Below the pieces are notes generated by a model. The model worked only from the letters and a program-made list of their open reading frames with translations, did no database searches and had not been told where the DNA came from. Both the position numbers and the translations under genes were made by a program. A stretch of 64,000 bases of DNA, taken from positions 12,276,001-12,340,000 of the forward strand of contig OX597829.1 of the NCBI GenBank assembly GCA_951406725.2, written 5' to 3'. Source of the DNA: Octopus vulgaris (taxonomy: Eukaryota). Positions 40,353-53,897 of this stretch are shown here, one piece after another (position 1 is the first letter of the stretch; each line of letters starts with the position of its first letter).

Positions 40353-41072
40353 ATATATATACATATATGTACATACCTACATCTATATGTATATATACAT
40401 GCATATACGGGTACAGGACATAAAACAAAAACGTTGAACACAATGAGAAACGAAAACAAAAACAAAAACATGGAAACGAACTCTTTTCAAACAACGAAAA
40501 AACAGAGTACACGACATAAAACACAAGGAATATTCCCCTTCTTCAGTTGTCTCTGTTTCGTCTACTCCGCGTTTCGAAGGTAAGGACAAGACGCGACTTC
40601 GTTGAAACAGTCCTTCCCGCAAAGCAAATTAAATAAAATTTGAGATTCTTTGCGGAGGGGTAAAAGTGGTCACAAGAACAGGACAGTAAGAACAAAACAA
40701 GACAGTAAAAACAGTAAAGGACAGAACAAAGAGAATAACACAGTAAAACAAACGATGAGGGCTGTTAAGCCAAGACAATAGAAAATTATTCTGAACGCTT
40801 GAGGAGATAGCTTATGAGAGAGACAGGATAAGCGGTCTGGTCTTGGTGAAGATAGCAGTTGGAAAGATGGCTTCCCTCTGATCACGTGTCAGTGACGAGA
40901 GAGTCGAGGAGGAGGAGGAGGAGGAGTAAGAGAGAGGGAACGGTGAAGGGGAGAGGAGAAGAATAGGGAAGGGTGGGAGAGAAAACCAGAAAGGATGAAG
41001 AACAAGAGCGGGAGAGAAATAGACAGAGAGGAGATAGTAAAGTAGGAGAGTATGCATCGTAATTATTAAGAT

Positions 41073-41546
<474 letters not shown>

Positions 41547-41563
41547 TTATTCCCTAATATTAT

Positions 41564-41613
<50 letters not shown>

Positions 41614-41814
41614 CGGTTTGAGTTAGAGGTTGAGAAACCAACTAAGGGATAATAACTATCGAATATACTGCTGGTAGTGTACCCAAATATTTATACCCAA
41701 GTTCTAGTTATTGCCTGGCAATCTCGCAATCGAGTGTTACATACGGGCGGCGGTAAAACGTGGCTTACCCTTGATTTATACGGTAAAAAAGAAAGTGGAG
41801 AGGATTCAAAATCG

Positions 41815-42337
41815 GCAGACATCACCCAGTAAACATTCCAGTATGTCTATTTATTCCAATGTATTCGATTAATACATACACATATATTAGTGGTGCACAT
41901 TATCAACTAGAAAGAGATGTTAATTGCAAAAACAAGGGTGTGGGGGCATATAATAATATAGAAACAGGTCATTCATTGAGTAAATGCGCAAATGAGCAAA
42001 TGAGTAAAAGAGTAAATGAATAGAATGTCAGTAAAACCGAATAGGTGTGTAGGTGCTAGTTCCTTACGGCCGTTTCTGCCAAGAGGCAACGGAATCTAGC
42101 ACCTACACACATATTCAGGTTTACTGACAATCTGTTCATTTACTGCTTTACTCATTTGCCCATTGGCACATTAACTCAAATAAACACCTGTTCCTATATG
42201 ATTATATGCTTCCACACCCTTGCTTTTGCAATTACCAGCTCGAAATTTCTTAATCAGTACCACTAAAACATGTGTATGTATTCATCTAATTCATTGGAAT
42301 AAATAGACATACTGGAATGTTTACCGGCTGATGTCTA
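41815..42337. repeat. Fold-back with ~250-bp imperfect inverted arms
   Basis: agacatca.cc.gtaaacattccagtatgtctatttattccaatg versus cattggaataaatagacatactggaatgtttaccggctgatgtct; inner ends taggtgctag/ctagcaccta. Confidence 0.85.
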
Positions 42338-42385
42338 TCGATTTTGTATCCTCTCCACTTTCTTACTTGCGTATACATACATAAT

Positions 42386-42418
<33 letters not shown>

Positions 42419-42450
42419 TACATACCATACATACATACACACATACATAC

Positions 42451-42517
<67 letters not shown>

Positions 42518-42547
42518 AAATAATATGTGACAATTATTCAATAGGCA

Positions 42548-42610
42548 AGATAAAACTCTGAGTTTCGGATGCCGAGGTGGAAATCCACAACACCATCTCT
42601 TCGGTTATCT
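42548..42610 (-). ncRNA. Hammerhead ribozyme, CCGAAGA (U4C) core
   Basis: Minus strand: agataa-CCGAAGA-GATG..GTGGA(tt)TCCAC..CATCc-GAAAC-TCAGA-GTT-ttatct. Confidence 0.65.
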
Positions 42611-43901
42611 GGCCATCTGAAAAACGCTATGAAAAAAGACCGTTTTACAAAGGGAAATTACTGTGTTGTAATTCTGCTATTTATATAAAAGCGCTAATCC
42701 AATGACCACTAATTAAAATAGGGTTAAAAGTTCATAGTAAACACGTAAGCATGCCTACTCATACGCACACATGTGCGCATGCGCACCTATGTACGTACTT
42801 ATACGTCACTATGAAAACGTATACATCTTCACACGTATTTTTCGCCAAATGTATACGCATATATATACAAACTCATACACACACATACGTACCGTAGAGG
42901 TTCATACATACGTATATATACGCACAAACACAAGAAAAAACATGGCTAAAAGTAAAAATACAGAAAAAACAACAATACAGAAAAAACATAAGGAAGTATA
43001 CAAAGCGTAAAACCACGTTCATATACGGACATGCCCTTATGCACGCACACATATACACGCACGATCATATATGTACATACCCGCACATGTTTATATACGC
43101 ATACACACATACGCATACACAAAAATGAATTATACATACGCCCAAAAAACCGAAAAAATTGTAAAAATACTGAGTAAAAACGTCTATATATAAATGTATT
43201 CTTATGCCCGCACATATCTATATACATACATACCCGCCCATTCATACATATTCACACACGTGTACAAATGAATTTATATACGCGTCTATATAGGCAAAGG
43301 AAAAAATGCAGGATGGAAGAGTACAGAAAAAATTATTACGTATAAAATTTTTTAAATATATGAAAAATAAAAGGTATAATAAGATAAAAACTTTTTGGTC
43401 ATTAAAAGATAAAGGTGTCAATTACAAGATCCATTGGAAGATTTTGGCCAAATGTAAGCCCTGTGGTCGTGTGTGTGCGTGCATAAGGGCATGTCCGTAT
43501 TTGAACGTGATTTTACGCTTCCTTATGTTTTTTCTGCATTGTTGTTTTTTCTGTATTTTTGCTTTTAACCATGTTTTTTCTTGTGCTTGTGCGTATATAG
43601 ACGTATGTATGAACTTTTACGGTGCGCGTGTGTCTGTATGAGTTTGTATATATATGCGTATACATTTGGCGAAAAATGCGAGTGAAGATGTGTCCGTTTT
43701 CATAGTGACGTATACGTACGGATGTGGGTGCGCGAGCGCACATGTGTGCGCATGAGTAGGCATGCTTACGTGTTTACTATGAACTTTTAACCTTATTTTA
43801 ATTAGCGGTCATTGGATTAGTGCTTTTATATAAGTAGCAGAATTATAACAGTAATTTCCCTTTGTATAACGGTCTTTTTTCATAGCGTTTTTCAGATGGC
43901 C

Positions 43902-43964
43902 AGATAACCGAAGAGATGGTGTTGTGGATTTCCACCTCAGCATCCGAAACTCAGAGTTTTATCT
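43902..43964 (+). ncRNA. Hammerhead ribozyme, CCGAAGA core (inverted copy)
   Basis: agataa-CCGAAGA-GATG...CATCc-GAAAC-TCAGA-GTT-ttatct. Confidence 0.65.
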
Positions 43965-44124
43965 TGGCTATATATATATGTATGTATATATATAATATAT
44001 ATATTATATATACATATAGTATATATATATTATATATATTGTATTATATTATTAACATAATCTATATTATATTATATATATAATATATGCATATATCATA
44101 TATATATATACATACATATCTGTA

Positions 44125-45250
44125 ATCTAATATGTGACAATTATTTGGTTGCCATAAGAAGACTCCGGGGCAGAAACCTCCTCCAGCATCTCGTCAGTTA
44201 TCGAGGCAATAAAATAAATGCTATGAAAATGACAGTTAAACAAAGGGAAATTACTATGTAATTGACAGTTATTAAGAGAAAAGAACTATTAGAATGACCG
44301 TTAAATAAGGGAAAAACCGAAGGGAAGAAAATAAAGAAGTAGAAAGCTCCTAGCAATCGCGTATGCGCGCATATAGACATACACATGCGCGCACGCATAC
44401 CAACGTACATGTATCTATATGCATATGCTCACTCACACTCGCGTGAAACACATACATACGCGCACACACATGCGCCAATTAATGTACATATATATTCAAC
44501 CATGCATGTACACGTATACATATCAACACACACGCGCACATGCACATACCCATACGTGCACAATTATATTCCAATACACGTCTAATAATATTAAAGGTTA
44601 CTTCGGGGGAGTGACCTTTAATATAGGTAAGTATTTCCTAGCACTGATTGATAGACATTTTCCAGTCAACCATAGTTACAGAAAGCTCTTCAATAGACAA
44701 CTTAAAAATCAGTTTCATCTCAACTACTAATCTTAAAAATATAACCGCACACAACACACAAAAACCACAAAATGAAACCAGCTGTTCAAGCAGAGATAAA
44801 AATTTGTGCCTGCTAAACGGGGCTTGCATGTCAAGACCATCATTTATGAAGCCACCGTAGACTCTACAACCACTAAGGTCACAGTTTTGACGAAGAAATT
44901 TGCGGGCTTTACAGAGGGTAATTTCAAGGCCAGATTCAATAATCACACCTTGAGCTTCAGGCACTGGGATAAAAGGAAAATGACCAAATTACCCAGTCAT
45001 ATATGGTCTTTAAAAGATAAAGGTGTCAGTTACAACATCCATTGGAAGATCTTAGCCAAGTGTAAGCTCCACACCAACGGCAATGGCAAGTGCAGTCTTT
45101 GTAATATGGAAAGATGGCTCATCTGGAAAAGCAGCTTAGACCCCGCTACATTCTAAATTCAAGAACTGAACTTTTTGAGCCATGTCTACGTGTGGCTAAA
45201 TATTTGTTACGTTGTTGGTCCCCCTGAGATTACAGATAGAACCTGTTTTT
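44125..45250 (+). mobile_element. Naiad-type PLE 3' fragment (GIY-YIG) preceded by an inverted related pLTR
   Basis: FNIGKYFLALIDRHFP, CSSRDKNLCLLNGAC, TIIYEATV..FAGFTEGNFKARFNNHTLSFRH..WKILAKC..CSLCNMER. Confidence 0.88.
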
Positions 45251-45294
45251 TATACTGTGTCCACGTACAAGCATTTTATCTCTCTATACACCAG

Positions 45295-46492
45295 GAAAGA
45301 GAATTTGGTGAGCATAATTCCGAAATTCACGTAGGGACGAAAACAAAAGTTGGTGCAAATAAATCACGAACTTAACACAGGGAAGTAAGCAAACGTTAGT
45401 GGAAATAATTCACGAAATTAACGCAGGCGTGTAATCAAAAGTTGGTGAAAATAAATCACGATTTCACGCAGGCAATTAAACAAAATTTGGTGAAAATAAA
45501 TCAAGAAATTAACGCCTGGAGGTAAGCAAAAGATGGTGAAAATAAATCACGAAGTTAACGCAGGCCAGATATCAAAATTTTGTGAAAATAAATCAGGAAC
45601 CTAACGCAGGCAGGTAAAAAAATTTGTTGAATATAAATTACAAAATAAACGCAGGTAAGCAAGCAAAATTTGGTGAGAATAAATTATGAAATTAACGCAG
45701 TGAAGTAAGCAAAATTTGCAGAAAAGAAATCACAATATCTACGCAGACAAGTAATCAAAAGTTAGTGAAAATAAATCATGAATTTACTGCAGGCAAGTAA
45801 ATAAAATTTGGTGCAAATAAAGTACGAAATTAACGCAGGCAAGTAATCAAAATTTGGTGAAAATAAATCCCAAATTAACGGAGGCCAGTAAACAAATTTT
45901 GGTGAAAATAGATTCTGAAGTTAACGTAGGTAAATAAGCGAAATTTGGTGGAAATGAATCACGAGATTAAGGCAGACCGATAAACGAAATTTGGTGAAAA
46001 TAAATCACGAAATTCACGTAGGCAAGATATCAGAATTTGGGAGAAATTAATCACGTAATTAACGGTGGTAAGTATGCATTAGTTGGTGAAAATAATTCTC
46101 GAACTCATCTCCCGCAACTAAACAAATGTTGGTGAAAATGAATCCCGAAATTAACGCAGGCAATTAAGCAAAATTTGTGCAAATAAATCTCGAAGTTAAC
46201 GCAGGCAATTAAACAAAATTTGGTAGAAATAAATTTCGAACTTAACGTAGGTTAATATACAAAAGTTGGTGAAAATACATCCCGAAATTAACGCAGGCAA
46301 GTAAGGAAAATTTGTTGAGAATAAATCCCGAAATTCACGCAGAGAAGTAAGCAAAATTTGGTCAAAATAAATCACGAATTTAACGCAGTCAAGTAAGAAA
46401 AATTGTTGAAAATAAATCACAAAATTAATGCAGGCATGTAAACAAAGGTTGCTGAAAATAAATCACGAAATTATCGCAGGCAAGTAAGCGAA
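45295..46492. repeat. 46-bp tandem minisatellite, ~26 diverged copies
   Basis: Consensus ~caaaatttggtgaaaataaatcacgaaattaacgcaggcaagtaag; period 46 (e.g. 45481 to 45527). Confidence 0.93.
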
Positions 46493-46692
46493 AAGAAAAT
46501 AGAACAGAGTGTTAAATAATCACAGGCAGTAAGTAAACATATCCAAAAAACACAGCGGCCAAGCTAAAGAACCATCCGAATAAACCACACGTAGTTGAAA
46601 ATGCATTTAGTAGAATTGAACCGGAAGCTCTTGCTTTTCCGCAAACAGTAGTACATTTCTTGATCTAAATACACTACCCAAATACGACAACT

Positions 46693-46916
46693 TTAACAAG
46701 AAGGAGAGGGGCTTTCTCCGTCCGGGTTGCGGATCCGTGGAATAAGCTGCAGGACGAAATGGTGAAGATGCCGACGACCGCTCGGTTCAAAGTCTCTCTT
46801 GACCAGAAATGTCCCGAACTCTTTGCATGAACACCCTCCCTGTACATAACTCCATGTTCCCCTACATGGCCTTGCTTTTGCTTTTTGAGCCAAAAAATTA
46901 ACTTAACTTAACTTAA
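46693..46916 (+). mobile_element. CR1-like LINE extreme 3' end with (TTAAC)n tail
   Basis: RRRGAFSVRVADPWNKLQDEMVKMPTTARFKVSLD matches CR1 FS.RV...WN.L...VV....FK..LD; tail aacttaacttaacttaa. Confidence 0.8.
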
Positions 46917-47224
46917 GAAATAACTTCTAAAATATGAAAGTTTTCGATAAACGTTCTGAGTAAACCGTGTTCTACATGAGAAATTCTACCAGTATTCGAA
47001 GTTTCAAACTGTTTAGTTTAAAAAAAATTAATTAAAATATGTGATTGAAACTGAGTAGATCCGAAAAATCACTGGCCATCATCCACCATCTTTGTTACAG
47101 TGAACGCTACATTGTTAAAGTAATTTATCCCTTTCACTCCCTCACTATTTAAAAAAAATTGCCTGTTATAAAACTTTTATTCGCCTGTGTGTGGCTTGTT
47201 CTATCATATGCCCCCTTTCTTTTT

Positions 47225-47259
<35 letters not shown>

Positions 47260-47619
47260 AATCTTTATTTTTTTTTATCAAAGTCAAGTAGAAATCGCTG
47301 GCCATCAGTCACCATCTTGTCTCAGTAAACTTCTTTACACAACTTGACAAAGATGTTTTTCGTCATGAGACGTTCACTTTCTCTAGGAGCCCACAAAACT
47401 AATCATTCAACCCTGATCGTAAATTTCTTCAAATTTTTCCTATAAAGGCACAGCATCTTCTTATTCCATTCTTTATCAACGCTGTCGTAACATACAGAGA
47501 AAATCCTTTTACTTAGTGATTTATTCCTTCTTCCTCTTGCGCCTATTCTTAAAATTTTGTACAAATCATCTATAATAATATGCTAAGCTACATCACTTCA
47601 TAACACATCGATTTTCTTT

Positions 47620-47825
47620 CATCTCTTTCAATCATTCGACTGCGGCCATGCTGGGGCACTACCTCGAAGAACTTTAAGTCGACTGAATCGATCCCAGTAC
47701 TTAGTATTTTTTATTTAGCCTGATACTCATTACATTACTCTCTTTTGCCGAACCGCGAAGTTGTGAGAATGTAAACAAACCAGCACTGGTTGTCAAGCGG
47801 TGGTGAGGGACAAACACAGATACAA
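47620..47825 (-). mobile_element. SINE-like repeat, apparently split by the Tc1 insertion (continues ~49270-49350)
   Basis: gactgcggccatgctggggcac...tgtcaagcggtggtgagggacaaacacaga; the rest of the family (gggcttcttt.agtttcc..taccaa.tccactcac) resumes after 49268. Confidence 0.7.
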
Positions 47826-47886
47826 ACACACACACACACACACACACACACAGATTCACACACGCACGCTCACACACGCACACACA

Positions 47887-49266
47887 CACTGCGTCTCAAA
47901 TTATTAACGACGTAACATTTTAAATTCTATTTAAAACCTACGCATTGGAATTCAACGAAATTTTCACAGAATGATGGTAACAGTTATATGTGTGTGATCT
48001 GTAAAAATCACGAGGTTTTGTACAAATGTAAACAAACCGTGGTCATTTGCTCCACGAATTTTCAGTGTTCCAAATTATTAACGAGTGGTCCGATAATCGT
48101 GTAATTAGGGGTCGTAAATATGACTTATCTATCTACTATTACTTCTGAACTTGCAAAAGGTAAATCAACATTAGAAAGAATTGTAAAGAACCCAGGTTTT
48201 TTTACAGTGAAGTTTCTTACAAGTGAATAACTTTTCAAGCAAATTCGCGAAACAACCGTATCCAGAACTACCCGATGTCATGTTCTGAAAAAGTGATATC
48301 AGTTAAAAGGCTTCCTTTATACAAAATACACATACAAAATCATCTGAAATGGGTAGAAGATAACAAGAAGGACGACTTTTTTCAAAAGTTTTGTTTATGG
48401 ACGAAACTCGTGCTAACCTTGATGGACCTGATAGTTGGAGCAAAGGATGGTTGTAAATAGATGATATCGTCATCGACGCTTGAAACGCCAACAAGGAGGA
48501 GGAGGAATCATGATTTGGGCAGGTATTATTGGAACTATTGTGGTTGGTTTTTGAAAAGTGTCGGACGGTGTTAAAATGACTGCAGATGTTTACATAGCCT
48601 TTCTGAGTGAGCACTTTGGACCTTGGTTAAAAAAGCAAAGGATCATCTTCATGACAACCGTTTATGCAAGATAATGTGCCCTCGCACTCAGCGAAGAAAA
48701 CTACAGAGTATCTGCAACCATTAGGCTTCTGTAGACCTCAGATGTGGCCTGCTTGTTCCTCCGACTTAGATCCAATAGAAAACTTGAATATTCTATAGCG
48801 ATGAATTTACGAGAATGGATGTCAATTTAGGAGCATGGATGAACTATGACAGGCTATAGTGGATGTTCCATGGACCAGCGACTTTTCCAACTTCTTTCAA
48901 ATAAACGCTCATATATCCCTTACGAAACAGATCACTGATAATTTTTGAACGCTGTTTATTTATTTCTATTTCTTCCACGCTTATGACTGTATCTGTTCAT
49001 TTCAGTAAGTGCATCAAACAATTAAATTGATATTTTCTTGTTTATATGAGTTTTATTATACCTCGCTAATAATGTGAAACATTGAGACTTTACGTAAATT
49101 TGGCACAAGTCCGTAGTTTCTCTGTTGTTTTACGGAATCTCATGTCTTTTTCACACCACGCGCATATAACTGATTACATCGTTCTGTGAAAATTTCGTTG
49201 AATTCCAAGAGCAGTTTATAAATGAAATTAAAACACGTTGCGTCATTAATAATTTGAAACGCAGTG
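47887..49266 (+). mobile_element. Tc1-family DNA transposon relic with long (>110 bp) imperfect TIRs
   Basis: Ends cactgcgtctcaaattattaa.../...attaataatttgaaacgcagtg+TA; remnants DETRANLDGPD, RQQGGGGIMIWAGI, FMQDNVPSH, WPACSSDLDPIEN. Confidence 0.9.
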
Positions 49267-49839
49267 TATATGAAGGGCTTCTTTTAGTTTCCATTTACCA
49301 AGTCCACTCACACAAGGATTTGGTCGGCTTGAGGCTATAATAAGACACTATATGTGTGTGTGTGCGTGTATGAATGCATATATGAGTACAGGACGTTACC
49401 AACAGTGTAAACAGCCTGAAGTACGAAAAGAAACGAGTTAAATACGTAAACGATGAGAGAAAAAAATGGAAAACAGGACACGTAAACCCAAAGAACGATT
49501 CTTTATCAGTTGTCGGCTGTCTATCTACTCCTCATTTTGAGCATTCAACGACGATATCAGTCTTCAAAGACAGTTGCTCCCATAAATTCTAAACTGAAAT
49601 TTTGGATTTATGGAGGGGCAAAGTTGGGAACAAAAGCAGGGCAGTGGAAACATACAAGGAAACCGAACGAAAACAGACATGGAGGGTCGTTAGACCAGAA
49701 CGAGAGGAAAATAGTGAACGCCGAGAGAAATATTTTCTTTGGAAAGAGAAAAGATAGAAGAGAGAGGAAACGTCCAGTCCTCAGAACGTTGTGCAGGAAA
49801 AGAAAGATGATCCCGTGAGGAAAAGGAAGATGGACAATG

Positions 49840-49901
<62 letters not shown>

Positions 49902-50269
49902 CAGTGTAATGGAATTAGAGAAGGATGGGGGAAGAAAACAGAATAGAGTAGAGCCGAATCAAGTAAATATATATATATCGTTTGTTATTTATTTGTTCAT
50001 AATACACCTCACTGGAATCTCGACACATCGGACATTCTGGAGCATATCAAATACCGTACGACCAATACATGTACATTTGGATTAGCCTTAGGCTATCAAA
50101 ATACTCATAAGGAGTAAATTCTCTGTATACATAACCTGTATTTTTCATTGGATGTACTTCGTTACCCTTGATATTGATTCGACTACAGGTAATTTTGACC
50201 TAACTTGGTGCCTATCATTTAAGTATCAGATTCACTCGAATCCTTAATATTGCACGCATACACACACAC

Positions 50270-51516
50270 AGAGGAGGTGCCGAAAAGCTCTTCGCTTTGG
50301 GTGAAAGAATATACATGTGGTTAGTTAATTATGATTTTATTCAATATATTCCCTCTCAGATTCACACACTGCAGCAGTCCTTAAGTTTTTCTAAGTCTTA
50401 GAAATAAAAAGAACTCGGAAGGATGGGCCTCCAATCAGGCCTCTGTAGCAGCGATCACTGCCGAATCGGTGTGAAATTTTCTTCCCTTGAGATGTTTCTT
50501 CAATAGTGAAAAGAAGGAAGTGGCCAAGTCAGGATAGTAAGGTGGGTGGTTTATGATGCCAAAGTCGTGTATTTTCCGTAGTGTTCCATGAACTGTATGC
50601 GCTGGTGCGTTGTCCTACAAAAACAGACACTACGTCTCAGCTTTTCACGGCGTTACTGCTTCAAAGTTTCACGCAGTTCGTCCAACAGAGGCATATAGTA
50701 TTCTACGTTGACGGTGCGATCCTTTGGCAGGTATTTTATGAAGAGTACTCCGTCTTTTTCCCAGAACACTAAAGCTAGAATCTTTCCACCTGATTTCGGA
50801 CCTCGAAACTGCTTGGCTCCACCCTGCTGATTACTGCTTGGTCCGGGGATCATAATGATGAAGCCAAGTTTCATCTACGGTGACTAACCAATCAATAAAA
50901 TCAGCCTCTACCGTTGCAAACCGGTCCAAAATTACCTTTGATGTCGCCACACTGATGCGCTTCTGATCTACGTCCAGGCATTTCGGCACCCATTTTGTAA
51001 AAAGCTTTCTCATGACCAGAATGTTGTGGATGATGTGGCTCACTCTTTCGTGGTAAATCACAACAGTGTCAGTTATGACAGTAGCTAAAATCGAAGAATA
51101 TGATGTGCAATGTGTCGGATGTGTCTTCTGTAGTCACGGAAGTAGGTCGTTCTGACTGAGATTCATTTGTGACCTTGAAATGACCAGTCCGATACCTGGA
51201 CACTTAAATTTTCACTGTGGAGTAAGATAGGCAACGATCCTTCAAGACTCCCTTCATCTCGCCATGCGTTTCCGCCGTTCCTTTGCTTTACAAAAAACGT
51301 AACTCCGTGACCGCCCGTGCTTCAGTTTTACCAAAAGATAATGTAGGAGCTACCATCATGCATTAAATCTGCAAAAGGGTAGGGGAACGATATATTATAT
51401 ACCATCATGATGTTTTTGCATATCTTCTAAATAGTTGTAGTACCTCCCGTGTAAAGATAAAAGCTTTACCCTTTCGCGATATCCTTAAAGCCAAGAACTT
51501 TATATCATCCCGTCAT
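50270..51516 (-). mobile_element. mariner-family transposon relic
   Basis: KWVPKCL, VTVDETWLHHYDP, KILALVFWEKDGVLFIKYLPK..TVNVEYY, HPPYYPDLA; decayed TIRs aaaagctcttcgcttt/aaagccaagaacttt. Confidence 0.9.
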
Positions 51517-51567
51517 ATATATATATGTATATCTATAAAATAATATGTTACATTTACTCAATAGTCA

Positions 51568-51630
51568 AGATAAAACTCTGAGTTTCAGATGCCGAAGTGG
51601 AAATCCACAACACCATCTCTTCGGTTATCT
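51568..51630 (-). ncRNA. Hammerhead ribozyme, CCGAAGA core, sense to PLE ORF
   Basis: Same motif as 42548-42610. Confidence 0.62.
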
Positions 51631-53531
51631 GGCCATCTGAAAAAACGCTTTGAAAAAATACCGTTATATAAAGGGAAATTACCGTGTTATAATTCTGCTC
51701 GCGAACCCACGTGCGTACTTATACGTCACTATGAAAACGTACACATCTTCACTCGCATTTTTCGCCAAATATATACGCATATATATACAAACTCATACAC
51801 ACACACACATGCATACCGTAAAAGTTCATACATACGTGTATATACGCACAAGCACAAGAAAAACCATGGTTAAAGGTAACAGAAAAAAACATAAGGAAGT
51901 ATACAAAGCATAAAAACCACGTTCAAATACGGACATGCCCCTATGCACTCATACACACACACGCCCATATATGTACATACCCGCACATATTTATATACGC
52001 ATACATACACACGCATATACAAAAAATGAATATACATATGTCCCCCCCCCCAAATGGAAAAATACTAAGTAAAAACGTCTATATATATATGTGCATTCTT
52101 ATGCCCGCACACACGCATACATCTAAAACTGCCCACTCATACATATTCACACACGTGTACAAATGAATCTATATACACATCTATATAGGCACAGGAAAAA
52201 ATGCAGGATAGAAAAGTACAGAAAAAATTAATATGTGTGAAAATATAAATATATATATGAAATAATAAAAGGTATAATGAGATAAAAAACTTTTTGGGTC
52301 ATAATATAGAAAGCAAGTTCTATCTGTTTTTATAGGGGACCAAAAAACGTAACAAAAATTTAGTCACATGTGGGCATGATCCGAAAAGTTCTGTCCTTGA
52401 GTTTAGACATGTAGTAGGGTCTAAGCTGCTTTTCCATGTCGCATAGACCGCACCTTCCGCTGCCGTTGGTGTAGAGCTTACATTTGGCTAAAATCTTCCA
52501 ATGGATGTAATAATCGACACCTTTAGCTTTTAAAGACCAAATATGATTAGATAATTTTGTCGCTTTTCTTTTGTTCCAGTGCCTAAAACTCAAGGTGTGG
52601 TTATTGAACCTGGCCTTGAAATTACCCTCTGTAAGGCCCACGTATTTCTTCGTCGAAACGGTGTCTTTAGTGGTTATAGAGTCCACAGTAGCTTCATAGA
52701 TGATGGTCTCGGACATGCAAGCTCCATTTAGCGGGCACAATGTTTTATTCCTGCATGAACAGCTGTTTTCTTGTGTTTTTTGTGTGTTATTTGTGATTAT
52801 ATTTTTAAAATTGGTAGTAGAACTAAAACTAATTTTTAAATTGTGTTTATTGAAGAGTTTCCTATAAGTATGGTTAACTGGAAAATGTCTATCTATCAGT
52901 GTTAAGAAATATTTACCTATAGTGAAGGTCACCTCGGGTGAGTAAGAGGGTGTAAACCAGATGATCTTCCTATTTCTATTTTTCCTCTTCTTTACTGTTT
53001 AGCTAGTAACAGGTGTATATTTTATTTTTCGCTAAAACCACTATCTTTTATAGCCTTATTATAAACTGGGGCAACGCTATTAAAAATGTCCTTATCGGAG
53101 GAGAGGCTAGAAATTCTCTTACTAATATTTTAAACTAAATTTTTGAATACTATAGGGGGATGGCATGAACCTACATTAATATAACTAAGTCTATCATTGG
53201 GCTTCCTATAAGGCTTATAAATGTTCTTATTTAGATCTAAGGGAACGTCTAAGAAATTGACAATCGTCAGGTTAGTATCTATAGTTATACTAAGTCCGAA
53301 GTATTTCATTAATTGGATAATATCCTTCCTAAAACGATCCTGTGCTGGTCCATTTGTATTAGCGGCTAAAGCGAAGGCATCATCTTTGTAGATGGCGAAA
53401 TATACGTCAGGAAATGTCTTACCTAAAGTATCTAGGAGAAAAAATCCAATAAGATCGCAAATGCCTGCTCCATCATATGACCCCCTGCTCACATCGAAAG
53501 CACCCTCTGTGTCGGTATTTTTCAGATGGCC

Positions 53532-53592
53532 AGATAACCGAAGAGATGGTGTTGTGGATTTCCACTTCGGCATCTGAAACTCAGTTTTATCT
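53532..53592 (+). ncRNA. Hammerhead ribozyme, CCGAAGA core (inverted cap copy, 2-nt shorter stem III)
   Basis: agataa-CCGAAGA-GATG...CATCt-GAAAC-TCA-GTT-ttatct. Confidence 0.58.
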
Positions 53593-53692
53593 TGACTATT
53601 GAGTAAATGTAACATATTATTTTATAGATAAATTTCCTCTATTTACATAATATTGAGTTCTCTTTCTTTCTTTTGTTATCTTACCGTTTTTA

Positions 53693-53732
<40 letters not shown>

Positions 53733-53735
<3 letters not shown>

Positions 53736-53897
53736 GATGGGCTTCTTTCAGTTTCCGTCTCCCAAATCCACTCAAACTTTTGGTCGGCCGAGATTATTGT
53801 AAAAAACACTTACCCAAGGTGCCACGCAATGGGACTGAACTGGGAACCATGCGTTCAGGAAGCAAGCTTCTTACCACACACCCACGCCTGCTCCTGT
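53733..53897 (-). mobile_element. SINE 5' part
   Basis: gggcttctttcagtttccgtct...cccaaggtgccacgca.tgggactgaac...cttaccacac...gcctgc. Confidence 0.75.

Larger units (their letters stand above)
42515..43970. mobile_element. Naiad-type PLE pLTR fold-back: two inverted ~500-bp pLTR copies around a short GIY-YIG scrap
   Basis: 42545-43050 is the reverse complement of ~43470-43967; WSLKDKGVNYKIHWKILAKCKP at ~43396-43461; same pLTR as 51533-52300. Confidence 0.88.
51533..53630 (-). mobile_element. Naiad-type PLE, 5'-truncated with inverted pLTR cap
   Basis: FDVSRGSYDGAGICDLIG, YKDD, VNFLDV, YKPYRKPND..YINVGSCHPP; CSCRNKTLCPLNGAC linker; IIYEATV..YVGLTEGNFKARFNNH..CGLCDMEK; ~110-bp inverted termini. 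Confidence 0.92.

Noticed and set aside
40535-40582. Type-II-like hammerhead order (GAAAC..GTA..CTGAAGA) on minus strand, with related motifs near 49500 and 58270
   Set aside because: No stem I hairpin can be formed and the core is not conserved in the related copies
45295-46492. CRISPR-like array
   Set aside because: Units are contiguous diverged 46-mers with no unique spacers, there are no cas genes, and the context is eukaryotic
52360-52932. Selenocysteine recoding as reported for some Naiad PLEs
   Set aside because: The conserved Cys positions visible here and at 44770-45110 are ordinary sense codons with no in-frame TGA, and no SECIS was recognised
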